Of a stretch of DNA of 64,000 nucleotides, positions 38,355 to 48,769 are shown one piece after another (the first letter of the stretch is position 1; each line of letters starts with the position of its first letter). The stretch comes from Cohnella mopanensis. GTDB lineage: Bacteria > Bacillota > Bacilli > Paenibacillales > Paenibacillaceae. Below the pieces are notes generated by a model. It saw only the letters and a list, made by a program, of their open reading frames with translations. It was not told the DNA's origin and did no database searches. The stretch lies in NCBI RefSeq assembly GCF_022352055.1, contig NZ_JAKRWM010000006.1:320377-384376 (forward strand). Reading direction: 5' to 3'. A program made the translations under genes and the position numbers.

Positions 38355-38381
38355 GAACTATCGTTCCCCGTTAGTTCAATT
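38355..38381. repeat. Best palindromic copy of the dispersed repeat: TTGAACTA-ACGGGGAACGA-TAGTTCAA in minus orientation (plus strand reads GAACTATCGTTCCCCGTTAGTTCAA).
   Basis: 8-bp inverted-repeat arms. The core is identical to the CTAACGGG(G)AAC copies in the 27.4-30.1 kb islet. Confidence 0.55.
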
Positions 38382-38456
38382 TCTTTTTGCATGGTGCTGA
38401 TAATGCACCATATGCAGCACCCAGGGCAGTTTGCTTAATGGTATTTACTGCTTTAT

Positions 38457-38720
38457 TTACTGTTCTTGAAAGTCCATTTCTGATCCCCTTATATGGTAAC
38501 CATCCTTATCATGTGTGATAACTCTTATGTAATTACTGTTTGCATCAATAACCCATACAGTATCTTTATCCATTTGAACTGTAGAAACTTGTTGAGGTAT
38601 TGGTGTTAAAGGTATCCCTTGAACTGTTACTGATTGAGATTGATTGTTAAGCTTATTTACCGCCCAAATCGTTAGAACTGTGAGCCAAATCATAATAATT
38701 AATGGATATATATTTTTCAT
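38457..38720 (-). CDS. Small membrane-anchored hypothetical protein.
   Basis: An N-terminal TM helix (IYPLIIMIWLTVLTIWAV) is followed by a small soluble domain. AT-rich codon usage. Confidence 0.5.
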   Translation of the reverse strand: MKNIYPLIIMIWLTVLTIWAVNKLNNQSQSVTVQGIPLTPIPQQVSTVQMDKDTVWVIDANSNYIRVITHDKDGYHIRGSEMDFQEQ

Positions 38721-38796
38721 CGACAAACTAATCCCCCCTCACGATTATCTTAGAGCGTGGGCATATATCAAAGAATGTTGCAGATTATTTCCGTTT

Positions 38797-39585
38797 TCAT
38801 GGATTATAGAGTTTTAATGCTTCCAGCCTTTTTGCTCGCTCAAACGCTTTATGTAAAAACTCTTTAGCCGATAAATCCTCATAATCCCAATTCATGGCCT
38901 CTATTGCAGTCGCGCCTGTATAATCCGTTTCCGCAATTTTTTTCATTGTCGTAGACCAATCAATCGTGCCGTCAAAGGGTAACCCGTGTTGGGCATAACT
39001 TCCGTTATTATCATGTAAATGTAGTGCCATTAACCGGGAACCGTACATGGCTAATAAATCATCGCCTGGATAATGACGGTAGTGATGTCCGCAGTCATAA
39101 CAGAATCCGATACGCAGGGAATCCACTTGCTCCAGCACATATGCCAAATTGGTAAGGTTCCATAAATTCTCCAGTGCAACATTGACACCAAGCTGTTCAG
39201 CTTTTTCAGTGATTCTCTTGATTCTATCCAGTCCCAATGTGTTATATGGATTATTTTCGTTGGGCAAGTGCACCACCATTGTCGGAATCTCAAATTCGGC
39301 GCAATCTGCAACACATTGCAAATAGCAATCAGTTACAGTTTCACCGTCCAGATTGTCAAGCCAGAGGTTGTTTTCGTTATGGACTGGTGTGTGGATGTTT
39401 TCTATAAAAAGACCCGCTTCTCGCGCAATTTGCGGCCCGTTGCGGTAATCGTTCCGACCAAAGCAGTCACGACCAAAGCCATCACTCCACCATAATAAAA
39501 CGCCATCAAATCCAGCTTCTTTTATTAACTGATAACGTTCCTTAATCGGCAAATCATAGCCAAACCAATCATAAATGGTAATCAT
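38797..39585 (-). CDS. Sugar phosphate isomerase/epimerase (xylose-isomerase-like TIM barrel).
   Basis: AP_endonuc_2/TIM-barrel motifs (GFDGVLLWW, ENLWN, HLHDNNG) give a metal-binding His/Glu/Asp pattern. Confidence 0.75.
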   Translation of the reverse strand: MITIYDWFGYDLPIKERYQLIKEAGFDGVLLWWSDGFGRDCFGRNDYRNGPQIAREAGLFIENIHTPVHNENNLWLDNLDGETVTDCYLQCVADCAEFEIPTMVVHLPNENNPYNTLGLDRIKRITEKAEQLGVNVALENLWNLTNLAYVLEQVDSLRIGFCYDCGHHYRHYPGDDLLAMYGSRLMALHLHDNNGSYAQHGLPFDGTIDWSTTMKKIAETDYTGATAIEAMNWDYEDLSAKEFLHKAFERAKRLEALKLYNP

Positions 39586-39724
39586 AGGCCTCTTCCTTTC
39601 TTGCTTTTTCCGTCATAGCTTTTAATGGTGTGCCATCCGCAAACCTTTCATGTTTATTTCTACACTCAAGATTTGATTTCCTTTATTTGTAACAACCCTA
39701 CCCTTTACTTCAACAAATAAAAAA

Positions 39725-39772
39725 GACCCATTGTAATAAACAGAAGGCAGCCTGATAATTGGCTGCCTTCTG
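39725..39772 (-). terminator. Perfect 12-bp hairpin CAGAAGGCAGCC-N8-GGCTGCCTTCTG followed by a T-rich tract (minus-strand sense) after the ferredoxin gene.
   Basis: Read directly from the sequence. Confidence 0.7.
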
Positions 39773-39798
39773 ATTCTATCACCATACACAAAACGGAA

Positions 39799-40134
39799 TT
39801 AATGAGCACGTGCCTGAAACAAGACGAGATAAGATTCATCATCAGAAGCTGTTGATTTCCTGCCCTTTCCCCAGCCTACTCGTTCTCGATAGCTGCCAAG
39901 AAGCTTATCTTCAATGACGGCAGCTTCCTGGATTTTCTCAACGCTATCTGCATTAGGAACCACATAGAGTGCATCTACAGGGCAATATAGTTCGCACATA
40001 AAGCAAGTCTGGCAATCGGATTGTCTGGCAATGATGGGAATACTGTTTTTCACTTCCTGAAAAACGTTAGTCGGACAGATCCTTACGCACTGGTTGCAGC
40101 TTATGCATCGGTCGGCACTTAATACTTCGATCAT
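39799..40134 (-). CDS. 2x[4Fe-4S] ferredoxin.
   Basis: Two CxxCxxCxxxCP motifs (CISCNQCVRICP and CQTCFMCELYCP). Overlaps the upstream flavoprotein gene by 4 nt. Confidence 0.9.
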   Translation of the reverse strand: MIEVLSADRCISCNQCVRICPTNVFQEVKNSIPIIARQSDCQTCFMCELYCPVDALYVVPNADSVEKIQEAAVIEDKLLGSYRERVGWGKGRKSTASDDESYLVLFQARAH

Positions 40135-41750
40135 GCTTTTGCTGCCTCCTCTATATTGCTGTTATACGGTGCAGCATTAGGCTTTACCCATATTTGATCC
40201 AAGCCGCCGCTAAGCAATCGGTAGTGCTGAGCTGTATCTCGCTGAGGGTAATCCGTGCGTACGTGCATTCCCCGTGTCTCCCGTCTTGCCAGTCCGCTTT
40301 CATACATCCATCTGGCTGTAGCCGTCATCGCCGCAACTTCTCTAACACCGAGTCTGCTGCCTTCGACTGTCCGAACACCCTGCTTGATTTCATACCACAA
40401 CTGATTTAGGCGTCCAAGGGAATCTGTCAAACCCTGTTCGCTACGGAACCAATTGCGATCACATGGAAACACTTCGTTCTGTACTAGTTGAACTACTTCC
40501 TCCGTATTTATCCGGTTAGTAGAAGAAGCTGCTTGTGTGGGAACGCCTGAAAGCTCCGCTAACCCGCGGGCATTTCGCCGGAAACGATTGGCCCCTTGCT
40601 TTAAAGCAAACTGGGCTGCACCTTCCCCGGACCAATATCCCGATGACATCGCCCACGCTGCATTGTGGCTACCACCGCCTGTAAAACCTCCACATATGAG
40701 TTCACGAGTCGCCGCATCTCCAGCCGCGTACAGACCCGGAACTTTTGTTGCACAGGTTTCGTCAATGATGTTGATGCCTCCCGTGCCTCTAACAGTCCCC
40801 TCGTATCGCATTGCGACCGGAAACTTCTCTTTAAAGGGATTAATTTTCATTCTATCGAAGGATAAAAAGAAATTAGGCTGCGCTTTTCTCATCGATATCT
40901 GTAAGGATTCATCAGCTAGATCTAGACACGCATATACAGGCTCTTTAAGTAGCGTTTTGGCAATGATCGAGCGACCTCTGCGCGATCCGGCCCCTTCTAT
41001 AACTCGACCATCCTCGTAATAGAACGTAGCATATTGAAAAAGCGCTGTTTTCGTTACCGATGAAAAATACGGTACAATTGCATAAGCGGTCGAAAACTCC
41101 ATTCCCGAAAACTCGGCACCAGCTTCACCTGCCATCAGATAACCGTCCCCGGTCAGGACGTTGGTCCCTAGTGCTTTACTTAAGAATGCACAGCCCCCTG
41201 TGGCAATGACGACCGCTGCGGCATCAATGCGCCATGGCTGTTGTGTCTGCTCATTCATACCGACAGCTCCGGCAACACCATGACTGTCGGCGAGCAGCTC
41301 GAGTGCAGGGCTATGATCCAGAATGCGCACTCCAGCTTTTTGCACTCTTTTACGCATGAGACGCATATATTCAGGCCCCTGTACACTAATGTAACTTGGT
41401 CCTCCCGTCTGGTCGATGGGGAAAGGATAGCCCCAATCCCGAATTTGATGCATGTTCTGATAAGTCCGATCGAGGACTCGCAGCATCCACGGCCGCTCCG
41501 CTAGATTTCCGCCCATATCCATCCGGCTCATCATGGCTCGTTCACGCGCTTGCTCTTCAGGATTGACATACCAGATGGCAGTTCCCGATGGGGCTGTCGC
41601 GCCGCTAGTTCCGCAGTAACCCTTGTCAACAAGTATGGTGCTTGCACCCTGTTCTGCAGCAGTGATCGCTGCCCAAGTTCCAGCAGGTCCACCGCCAATG
41701 ATTAGCACATCCGATTTAAGCTGCAGGGGTTCTTTAGCTTCTGTTCCCAT
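40131..41750 (-). CDS. FAD-dependent oxidoreductase of the fumarate reductase / succinate dehydrogenase / AprA-like flavoprotein superfamily.
   Basis: N-terminal dinucleotide-binding motif (VLIIGGGPAGTWAAITAAEQG). 539 aa. Translationally coupled to the ferredoxin. Confidence 0.8.
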   Translation of the reverse strand: MGTEAKEPLQLKSDVLIIGGGPAGTWAAITAAEQGASTILVDKGYCGTSGATAPSGTAIWYVNPEEQARERAMMSRMDMGGNLAERPWMLRVLDRTYQNMHQIRDWGYPFPIDQTGGPSYISVQGPEYMRLMRKRVQKAGVRILDHSPALELLADSHGVAGAVGMNEQTQQPWRIDAAAVVIATGGCAFLSKALGTNVLTGDGYLMAGEAGAEFSGMEFSTAYAIVPYFSSVTKTALFQYATFYYEDGRVIEGAGSRRGRSIIAKTLLKEPVYACLDLADESLQISMRKAQPNFFLSFDRMKINPFKEKFPVAMRYEGTVRGTGGINIIDETCATKVPGLYAAGDAATRELICGGFTGGGSHNAAWAMSSGYWSGEGAAQFALKQGANRFRRNARGLAELSGVPTQAASSTNRINTEEVVQLVQNEVFPCDRNWFRSEQGLTDSLGRLNQLWYEIKQGVRTVEGSRLGVREVAAMTATARWMYESGLARRETRGMHVRTDYPQRDTAQHYRLLSGGLDQIWVKPNAAPYNSNIEEAAKA

Positions 41751-41815
41751 ATGATCCAGCCGCCTTTCATCGTTATTTATCTACCATTAAGAAACTCGAT
41801 ATCCATTCATCGTGG

Positions 41816-42853
41816 TTATTTAGCCACCCAATCTTCTATTTTAAATTCTTTTTTGGTCAACCCTTCTCCAATCAAAAACTCTTTAACCCCTTCCAACTGC
41901 TTCACTGTTTTATCCGTAAATGCCTGATCCGTTAATATGCTGATAGGGTAAAGCTTCCTTACATCTTCATTTGACATACCTACAATTTGAGTCATCCATT
42001 CATAATATTCCGTCTCATGCTGCTTCAAATCGGCAAGCGCTTTATCACGAGCTTCATTCCACACTTTAGGGAAGTCAGGGAATTTGTTAAGGAAATCCTC
42101 CATTACAACCAATACACTCGACCCTGCCAAATGAGGCGTATCGTCTGATTTATGAAGTATTGGATAACCTTGATTAATCAAGGCCAAGGCATCTTTACCA
42201 AATCCTACGTTTGCGTCAATATCGCCTCTTGCAATCGCTGCAGCTGCATCGGAGCCGAGCATATGTACGAGCTTATAATTGGTGATACCCTGTTCTTTAA
42301 GCAGACCGATAATATACCGGTGACTATAAGAACCTTTAGGAACGGCGATAGTTTTCCCTTCAAGATCCTTCAGTGTTACAGGGCCATTTTTCTTACCAAT
42401 TACAAATGCTTTAAGGCCGGAGTTGATTTGACCAACAAGGCGCGTCTTGGCTCCTCCCGAATAAGCAATAATGGCTGGCGTATCGCCGATCACACCAGCG
42501 TTAAGACGCCCGCTAATGAGCGCTTCCGATTGATCCGGGCCATTAGGGAAGCCGAAAGTGTTGATTTGTTCAATTCCGTGTTTTTTTAGTTCTTCCTGAA
42601 TAATGCCTTTATGAAGTCCCCAGCCTTCCGCACCTGTTGGTAAATTAAGTGTATTGGAGCCGATATAACCAAAATTAAGAACAGTAGGAACAGTGTTGTT
42701 ATCCCCTGACTTCCCACTGCAAGCTTGTAAAAGAAAAATGGAAAAGAGCAGTATGACCGTAATAGTTAATCGCAGGGTTAGGTTTCGATGATTCTGAGTA
42801 GTATTTCTTTTCACAGTTTTATGTCCCCTTCTATTCTCATTTTCACGTATCAA
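41816..42853 (-). CDS. NitT/TauT-family ABC transporter substrate-binding lipoprotein (aliphatic sulfonate/nitrate/taurine-type, SsuA-like).
   Basis: Lipobox LLQACSGKS and the NMT1/SsuA-like fold. Confidence 0.75.
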   Translation of the reverse strand: MIRENENRRGHKTVKRNTTQNHRNLTLRLTITVILLFSIFLLQACSGKSGDNNTVPTVLNFGYIGSNTLNLPTGAEGWGLHKGIIQEELKKHGIEQINTFGFPNGPDQSEALISGRLNAGVIGDTPAIIAYSGGAKTRLVGQINSGLKAFVIGKKNGPVTLKDLEGKTIAVPKGSYSHRYIIGLLKEQGITNYKLVHMLGSDAAAAIARGDIDANVGFGKDALALINQGYPILHKSDDTPHLAGSSVLVVMEDFLNKFPDFPKVWNEARDKALADLKQHETEYYEWMTQIVGMSNEDVRKLYPISILTDQAFTDKTVKQLEGVKEFLIGEGLTKKEFKIEDWVAK

Positions 42854-42877
42854 AGAACCGGCATTAACCAGATAGAA

Positions 42878-43795
42878 TCAGCCTTGATAGCTATCCCGCC
42901 AATGCAACAGTGTCCGTTCCAGAAGTTTAATCAACGTATCGAGAAGTTTTCCGACAACGGCAAAAACGATAATGCCAACAAAAATCACTTCGGGCTTGAG
43001 GTTTTGCTTTGCCTCATTGATTAAAAAGCCAACCCCATTATAGGCTCCTACATATTCTGCCAAGACAAGGCTGATCCAGGAAACTGCAATAGAGGTTCTG
43101 AGCCCCATAAAAATATTTGGCAATGCTGCTGGCAGCATAAGATGGGTGATACGTTGCCATTTGTTATATTGCAGAATTTCAGCAACTTCGAATAACTGGT
43201 TATCGACGTTGCGAATCCCCATGTAAGTATTGATATAAAGTGGAAACAACGCTCCAAAAGCTATAATGACGATTTTAGATTCTTCCCCAAAGCCAAACCA
43301 TAGTGTAATGAGAGGGGCAAGGGCCAGATGCGGCACCACTCTCAGCACTTGCATACTAGGATCGATCAAATAATCGATCTTGCGTATAATTCCAGCAAGA
43401 ATGCCCAGCCCAAAGCCCAACAGGCCGCCTGTCAAAAAACCATATACTACACGCTCTAAACTGTAGCCGATATGGGATAACAATTCGCCAGAAATCAACA
43501 TTCGCCCAAAAACCTCTATGACGGAAGTTAGTGAAGGTAAAAGTGTTTTCGGTACGCTGCCGATCCAATCAATGAAGATCCATACTGTCAAAATAATAGC
43601 TGGCAATATGAGCCCTTGAAGGGAGTCGACTGAAAATAAGAGCAAGCGTTTCCTGGTTTGAGAGGTGGAGGGCTCCGAAGTATTTGCATTCACTTGCCCC
43701 AAGACGAGATCACTGCCTCCAGTGCGGTTGCTTTTTCGCTGCCAGCTGGAAATCCCGCGGTCTGTATGCAGCGGTTCGTTTGTTGAGCTACTCAT
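42878..43795 (-). CDS. NitT/TauT-family ABC permease (SsuC-like).
   Basis: BPD_transp_1 polytopic protein. Paralogous to the 43808..44620 permease. Confidence 0.8.
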   Translation of the reverse strand: MSSSTNEPLHTDRGISSWQRKSNRTGGSDLVLGQVNANTSEPSTSQTRKRLLLFSVDSLQGLILPAIILTVWIFIDWIGSVPKTLLPSLTSVIEVFGRMLISGELLSHIGYSLERVVYGFLTGGLLGFGLGILAGIIRKIDYLIDPSMQVLRVVPHLALAPLITLWFGFGEESKIVIIAFGALFPLYINTYMGIRNVDNQLFEVAEILQYNKWQRITHLMLPAALPNIFMGLRTSIAVSWISLVLAEYVGAYNGVGFLINEAKQNLKPEVIFVGIIVFAVVGKLLDTLIKLLERTLLHWRDSYQG

Positions 43796-43807
43796 TAGTT
43801 CCCCTCC

Positions 43808-44620
43808 TTACCTGTTGATGGTAGCCTGCCAGCGGAGCAGTTTTTGCTGCAGCAGTCTGATTAAGCTGTCAGCCGTGAGACCAAGAATGCCTAACAAAAT
43901 AATGCCGACGAATACCACCGGCGTATCTGCAAACTGTCGAGCATCGGACATCATATAACCAATCCCAGAAGTTGATGCGATTAATTCAGCAACGACCAGC
44001 CCCAGCCATGAAATGCCGAATGAAATCCGTACGCCTAACAAAATATTAGGCAGCGCAGCTGGAAGAACAAGATGGATAATTTGTTTGAAGCGGCTATATC
44101 CTAGCACATACGTTACTTCAAACAGCTTATTGTTTACGTTCCGAATACCTAAAAACGTATTGATATAGAGCTGAAAAAAGGTGGCTTCGGCAATAATGAG
44201 AGTCTTCGATAACTCACCAATTCCGAACCAGAGCACGAATAACGGTACAATCGCTAAGCTTGGGATCATGCGAATCATCTGAATAGTCGGATCAAGCAGT
44301 CTCTCTGTTCGTCTGAATAAGCCAACGGCAATGCCAAATAAAAATCCGAGGCTTCCTCCGATTAGAAAACCCGTTAACACACGCCAAAGACTAATACTCA
44401 CATGTTCCCAAAGGAAACCAGATTTAGCGAGGTTCATGAATGTTATCCCTATCGTGTAAGGAGTCGGAAAAAGCAAATCCGATATCAGTCCATAATCCCC
44501 TAAATACTGCCAAATAAGTAAAGTAGAAATCGGAAAAACCAAGGCCAGAAGCAAGAGGGTCCATTTCCCCGGAGCTTTATTGGTCTTTGCGTTAGCAGTT
44601 ATTTTGTTGGATACGCTCAA
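43808..44620 (-). CDS. NitT/TauT-family ABC permease (SsuC-like).
   Basis: Same family; six TM segments. Confidence 0.8.
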   Translation of the reverse strand: MSVSNKITANAKTNKAPGKWTLLLLALVFPISTLLIWQYLGDYGLISDLLFPTPYTIGITFMNLAKSGFLWEHVSISLWRVLTGFLIGGSLGFLFGIAVGLFRRTERLLDPTIQMIRMIPSLAIVPLFVLWFGIGELSKTLIIAEATFFQLYINTFLGIRNVNNKLFEVTYVLGYSRFKQIIHLVLPAALPNILLGVRISFGISWLGLVVAELIASTSGIGYMMSDARQFADTPVVFVGIILLGILGLTADSLIRLLQQKLLRWQATINR

Positions 44621-44911
44621 TATGCACTCCCTCTTTGAAGTTTAATTTGTGTTTCAAATATACAATCGCCATTGGAATGGTAGAAGGGTATAAAAGAAGT
44701 TTGACAAACGAGTATGAATTGGAAGGAAAAGCATGATGCAGATTGATAATTAGCGGGCACGACTCATTCTAAACCGACTATTCCCAGTTGTCAAGTTGCA
44801 TTAGTTTTCACGTTTTATTCTAGATTAATACATATTGACACCCTTTATTGCGGAGTGATAGCTTATAATTACTATGTTATTAGTCGGATATAAACTTATA
44901 GAGGTGATCAT

Positions 44912-45691
44912 GTGAATTCATCGGCATTGCTCAATATTCGAGATCTAGATAAACAGTTTTTAACAGGAAAAGGAACTGTACACGCACTCCGTGATATTAA
45001 TTTAAATATTAAAGAGGGAGAGTTTGTGACCGTTATTGGTCCTAGCGGATGCGGCAAAAGCACATTGCTACGCATCATTGCCGGGCTGGACAAAACCTAT
45101 TCCGGTTTCGTTGGACTTAACGGCGAGCAGATCACAGGACCGGGGATTGATAAAGGATTTGTATTTCAAGAGCACCGGTTATTTCCGTGGCTGACTGTTG
45201 AAAAGAACATAGCGGCTGATTTGTCGTTGCGCAACAAGAATGTCCGAGAGAAGGTTGATAACTTAATTGAGCTGGTGAAGCTGAAAGGCTTCGAGAAATC
45301 ATACCCGCGTGAACTGTCGGGAGGGATGGCACAACGTGTTTCTATCGCGCGCGCATTGTTACGGAATCCAAAGGTTCTGCTGCTTGACGAGCCGTTCGGC
45401 GCGCTTGATGCCTTTACCAGATCGCATATGCAGGAAGTACTGCTCGATATTTGGCGGACTAACCAAACAACGATGGTTTTTGTAACACATGATATTGATG
45501 AGGCTATTTTTCTCGCAAATCGAGTTGTTATACTAAAGCCTCGTCCCGGGGAAATCAGCTCCATTGTTCCGGTTAATTTATCGTATCCGAGGAAAAAAGC
45601 ATCAGCTGAATTTCAAAGCCTGCGCTTACAAATCTTGAGCCAATTTGAGTCGGCCGAGCACAACGTGTTGATAGACGGAGCGGGTATTTAA
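44912..45691 (+). CDS. NitT/TauT-family ABC ATP-binding protein (SsuB/TauB-like).
   Basis: Walker [10 protein letters not shown], signature LSGGMAQR and Walker [15 protein letters not shown] start with GAGGTGA RBS. Divergent from the permeases. Confidence 0.9.
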   Translation: MNSSALLNIRDLDKQFLTGKGTVHALRDINLNIKEGEFVTVIGPSGCGKSTLLRIIAGLDKTYSGFVGLNGEQITGPGIDKGFVFQEHRLFPWLTVEKNIAADLSLRNKNVREKVDNLIELVKLKGFEKSYPRELSGGMAQRVSIARALLRNPKVLLLDEPFGALDAFTRSHMQEVLLDIWRTNQTTMVFVTHDIDEAIFLANRVVILKPRPGEISSIVPVNLSYPRKKASAEFQSLRLQILSQFESAEHNVLIDGAGI

Positions 45692-45794
45692 CGGGTAATG
45701 GTTTGAAGAAGCCACGCCTACAAACCGAGCGAAATACCGGGTAACTTAAGCCCGGATTTTCCGGTGCGGAAATATCTTATGGACGCGTAGCGAC

Positions 45795-46340
45795 TTATAT
45801 ATTCCGCTCCAATAATGTCCCCAATTGCTCCGCCAGGACTTGATGGGTGACAGGCCTCTCATGAGAGAACCACCACTCCACTACCCCCAATTGAGCCGAA
45901 GCAATAAACTGAACGAGCACATCCTCAACTAACCCCTGATTTTTACCCTTGGTTACATCCAATTCACCCTTCAACTCTTCAACAAGAAAATCAAGGAATC
46001 GATTGCGGAAATGCGGAGCGCCTCTACTGGCTAACATCATTGAAAAGAACGGGTAATTACTTTCAAAATATTCTGCCCAGATTAGCGTCGCACTTACCAA
46101 ATCCAAATCCGCCGCTGACTCGCACAGTCCTCTAAGTTCGTTAATATGCGATTCGATCAGCTTGTCCAGCAGATCGAATTTGTCCGCATAATGAAGGTAG
46201 ATCGTACCGCGACTGACATTAGCCTTGTCGGATAGATCTTGGATCGTGATATCATCGAGATTTTTTTGAGCCATCAATTCAAGGATCGCATTCTTTAAGG
46301 CTTCCTGTGTTTTGCGTATACGTCGATCGACTTTAGCCAT
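45795..46340 (-). CDS. TetR/AcrR family transcriptional regulator.
   Basis: N-terminal TetR HTH (RIRKTQEALKNAILELMAQKNLDDITIQDLSDKANVSRGTIYLHY). The start MAKVD has a GGTGGA RBS. Confidence 0.85.
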   Translation of the reverse strand: MAKVDRRIRKTQEALKNAILELMAQKNLDDITIQDLSDKANVSRGTIYLHYADKFDLLDKLIESHINELRGLCESAADLDLVSATLIWAEYFESNYPFFSMMLASRGAPHFRNRFLDFLVEELKGELDVTKGKNQGLVEDVLVQFIASAQLGVVEWWFSHERPVTHQVLAEQLGTLLERNI

Positions 46341-46545
46341 TTCAGTGTCCACCATTCTTTCTGTAGATACTATACAAAAACCGTTGATCTGTTCACTAAT
46401 TAACAAATCCAGCTACTTTAACAATTGTATGTTTTTCGGGTTCTGCCTAAAATTATATACAGACGTTCATTTATATATCAAGATTCAATATTTGATTATA
46501 GTTTGGTAATTGAGAGTACAAAGGGGAAGGAAATGTGAAAGCAAT

Positions 46546-47595
46546 ATGATTTCAGTATTCGGCGGCAACCCAAGTAACGACCAAAAAGAACGATATCGCA
46601 GGTTTGATAACTATGTAAACGGGAAGTTTATGAACCAGGTGCCTACCAGTCTAGCCATGCGTGCATCCGATTATTTCTCACTGATTAAGGATTCGATTTC
46701 AAGGGCTAAAGATCGTAAGCCTTCCGGTAAGCTTCCTGTTTCGAATTTAGACTGGAGCAAAATCAAAAGTGAAGAAGATAGTATAACTTGGTTCGGACAT
46801 TCTGCTTTCTTACTCAGTATCGATAATAAAAAGCTGTTTGTAGACCCGATGCTGGGGCCAGTGGCGTCACCTGTTTCTTTTGCAGGAAGCAAACGCTATA
46901 GCGAAGATATACTGTATATCATTGATGAATTGCCTCCAATCGATGCTGTCTTAATTACCCATGATCACTACGATCACTTAGATTATCCCTCTATATTAAA
47001 GCTAAAGGACAAGGTCGGACATTTTTTTGTTCCTTATGGTGTAAGTGCTCACTTGCTCCGATGGGGCGTTGCAAAAGAAAAAATTACTGAGCTGAATTGG
47101 TGGGATGAAACGGAATTCCAAGGTTTAACTATTGCACTGACTCCGTCTAAACACTTTTCCGGCAGAGGGCTCTTTAATCGGGATACGACTTTATGGGGAG
47201 GATGGGTCATTCTAGGGAACAAAACCCGTTTCTTTACCAGCGGCGATGGTGGCTACGATACGCATTTTGAGGAGATTGGAAAGAAGTATGGCCCCTTTGA
47301 TCTGGCACTAATTGAAGGGGGACAGTATGATAGGCGCTGGTCTTGGGTCCATATGACCCCTGAAGAAGCCGTGAAGGCACATAGGGATGTAAATGGGGAA
47401 AATATGATGTTGATTCATTGGGGAGCCTTTACCCTTGCTTATCATAGTTGGACGGAACCGATTGAAAGAGCCTTAATCGAAGCAAAGAAAACAAATGTGA
47501 ATCTCATTGCTACTCAAGTCGGCGATACCGTTGCTTTGAATGGGGAGTTGTTGGCTCCTGCTTTGTCATGGTGGAAAGAGAAAGGAGACTATTAA
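46546..47595 (+). CDS. MBL-fold metallo-hydrolase (NAPE-PLD-like).
   Basis: The HxHxDH motif (ITHDHYDHLDYPS) is present. The start is uncertain between TTG 46510 and ATG 46546. Confidence 0.75.
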   Translation: MISVFGGNPSNDQKERYRRFDNYVNGKFMNQVPTSLAMRASDYFSLIKDSISRAKDRKPSGKLPVSNLDWSKIKSEEDSITWFGHSAFLLSIDNKKLFVDPMLGPVASPVSFAGSKRYSEDILYIIDELPPIDAVLITHDHYDHLDYPSILKLKDKVGHFFVPYGVSAHLLRWGVAKEKITELNWWDETEFQGLTIALTPSKHFSGRGLFNRDTTLWGGWVILGNKTRFFTSGDGGYDTHFEEIGKKYGPFDLALIEGGQYDRRWSWVHMTPEEAVKAHRDVNGENMMLIHWGAFTLAYHSWTEPIERALIEAKKTNVNLIATQVGDTVALNGELLAPALSWWKEKGDY

Positions 47596-48317
47596 TGCGA
47601 CAGTACAAAGTGATCTGCCATATGGTGACTTCATTGGATGGAAAGATCGACGGGAATTACTTTGAAACGCCAAGCTCGGACTATTTTGGACAAGCGTATG
47701 AAAACATTCATCAAAAATATAATCCTAAGGCGTGGATTTGTGGACGCGTAACTTTTGAAAACCACGTGACCTATGGGAAACAGTTAGATTTATCTAAATA
47801 TCCGAATACCGATGTTTCTCGTGAAGACTTTATTACGGATACAACCGCTGCCGCATACGCCATTGCCATTGATCCATCAGGCATACTAGGATGGGAACAA
47901 GGCACGATCGGTGAAGATTATGAAGAGCGCCGCGGACAACCTATCATCACCGTGTTAAGCGAAAATGTTAGCAATCCATATTTGGCACACCTTCGGGCAA
48001 TCGGCGTTTCCTATATATTCGCGGGAAAAAGCAACAAGTTAGACTTAAAATTGGCGCTTGATAAAATCAACCGGTACTACAACATAACCGAATTTATGCT
48101 CGAAGGCGGCGGGTCTATCAATGGTTCGTTCTTAAGTGCCGGGTTAGTAGATGAATTAAGTTTGATACTAGCTCCGATGGTAGAAGGAACTAATCATTCC
48201 GTTTCGCTATTTGAATATGGCGACAATCCGTTTCAACCTGGGGTTGAGTTTACTTTAGAAAAAGTAGAACCTCTTGAAAATAGCGGATTATGGTTATGCT
48301 ATCGATTGAAACAGTGA
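47595..48317 (+). CDS. Dihydrofolate reductase-like protein (RibD C-terminal domain family).
   Basis: RibD_C pattern (VICHMVTSLDGKIDG...LEGGGSINGSFL). ATG 47595 has an AAAGGAGA RBS. Confidence 0.7.
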   Translation: MRQYKVICHMVTSLDGKIDGNYFETPSSDYFGQAYENIHQKYNPKAWICGRVTFENHVTYGKQLDLSKYPNTDVSREDFITDTTAAAYAIAIDPSGILGWEQGTIGEDYEERRGQPIITVLSENVSNPYLAHLRAIGVSYIFAGKSNKLDLKLALDKINRYYNITEFMLEGGGSINGSFLSAGLVDELSLILAPMVEGTNHSVSLFEYGDNPFQPGVEFTLEKVEPLENSGLWLCYRLKQ

Positions 48318-48397
48318 AACTGCCTGGTTATGGGCGAAATCGAACGAAGGCACCCTACGGGGTGCCTTCTCTAGTGTAATAACATTCAATGTATCTA

Positions 48398-48769
48398 TTA
48401 ATTGTTCAAAACTGCCAAAGCCATATCTTTTTTGAGGTACGTACCATGCTCCTGCGTCCAGTTCCACATCGCTTCGAAAATCGGTTGCAGCGCCTTCCCG
48501 CTCTCGGTAAATTCATATTCGACATGCAAGGGAACGCCAGGATAAAGAGTACGCGTGACGAGTCCTTTCTCCTCTAACAGCCGCAAACGGTCTGTCAACG
48601 TTTTCGGACTTATCGGTTGCAGCTTGCGGCGCAATTCCCCGAATCGCTTGGTCCCGTTTAACAGTTCGAATAAGAGAAGAAGCGTCCATTTCCCATCCAA
48701 AAGCTCCAGGATCGGCTCAACGACGCCAGGACAGGATCGATCCATCATCGTAATCACTCCATAGTTCAT
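48398..48769 (-). CDS. HxlR family winged-helix transcriptional regulator.
   Basis: Conserved CP...L..GKW...L..G..RF.EL motif. Confidence 0.8.
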   Translation of the reverse strand: MNYGVITMMDRSCPGVVEPILELLDGKWTLLLLFELLNGTKRFGELRRKLQPISPKTLTDRLRLLEEKGLVTRTLYPGVPLHVEYEFTESGKALQPIFEAMWNWTQEHGTYLKKDMALAVLNN

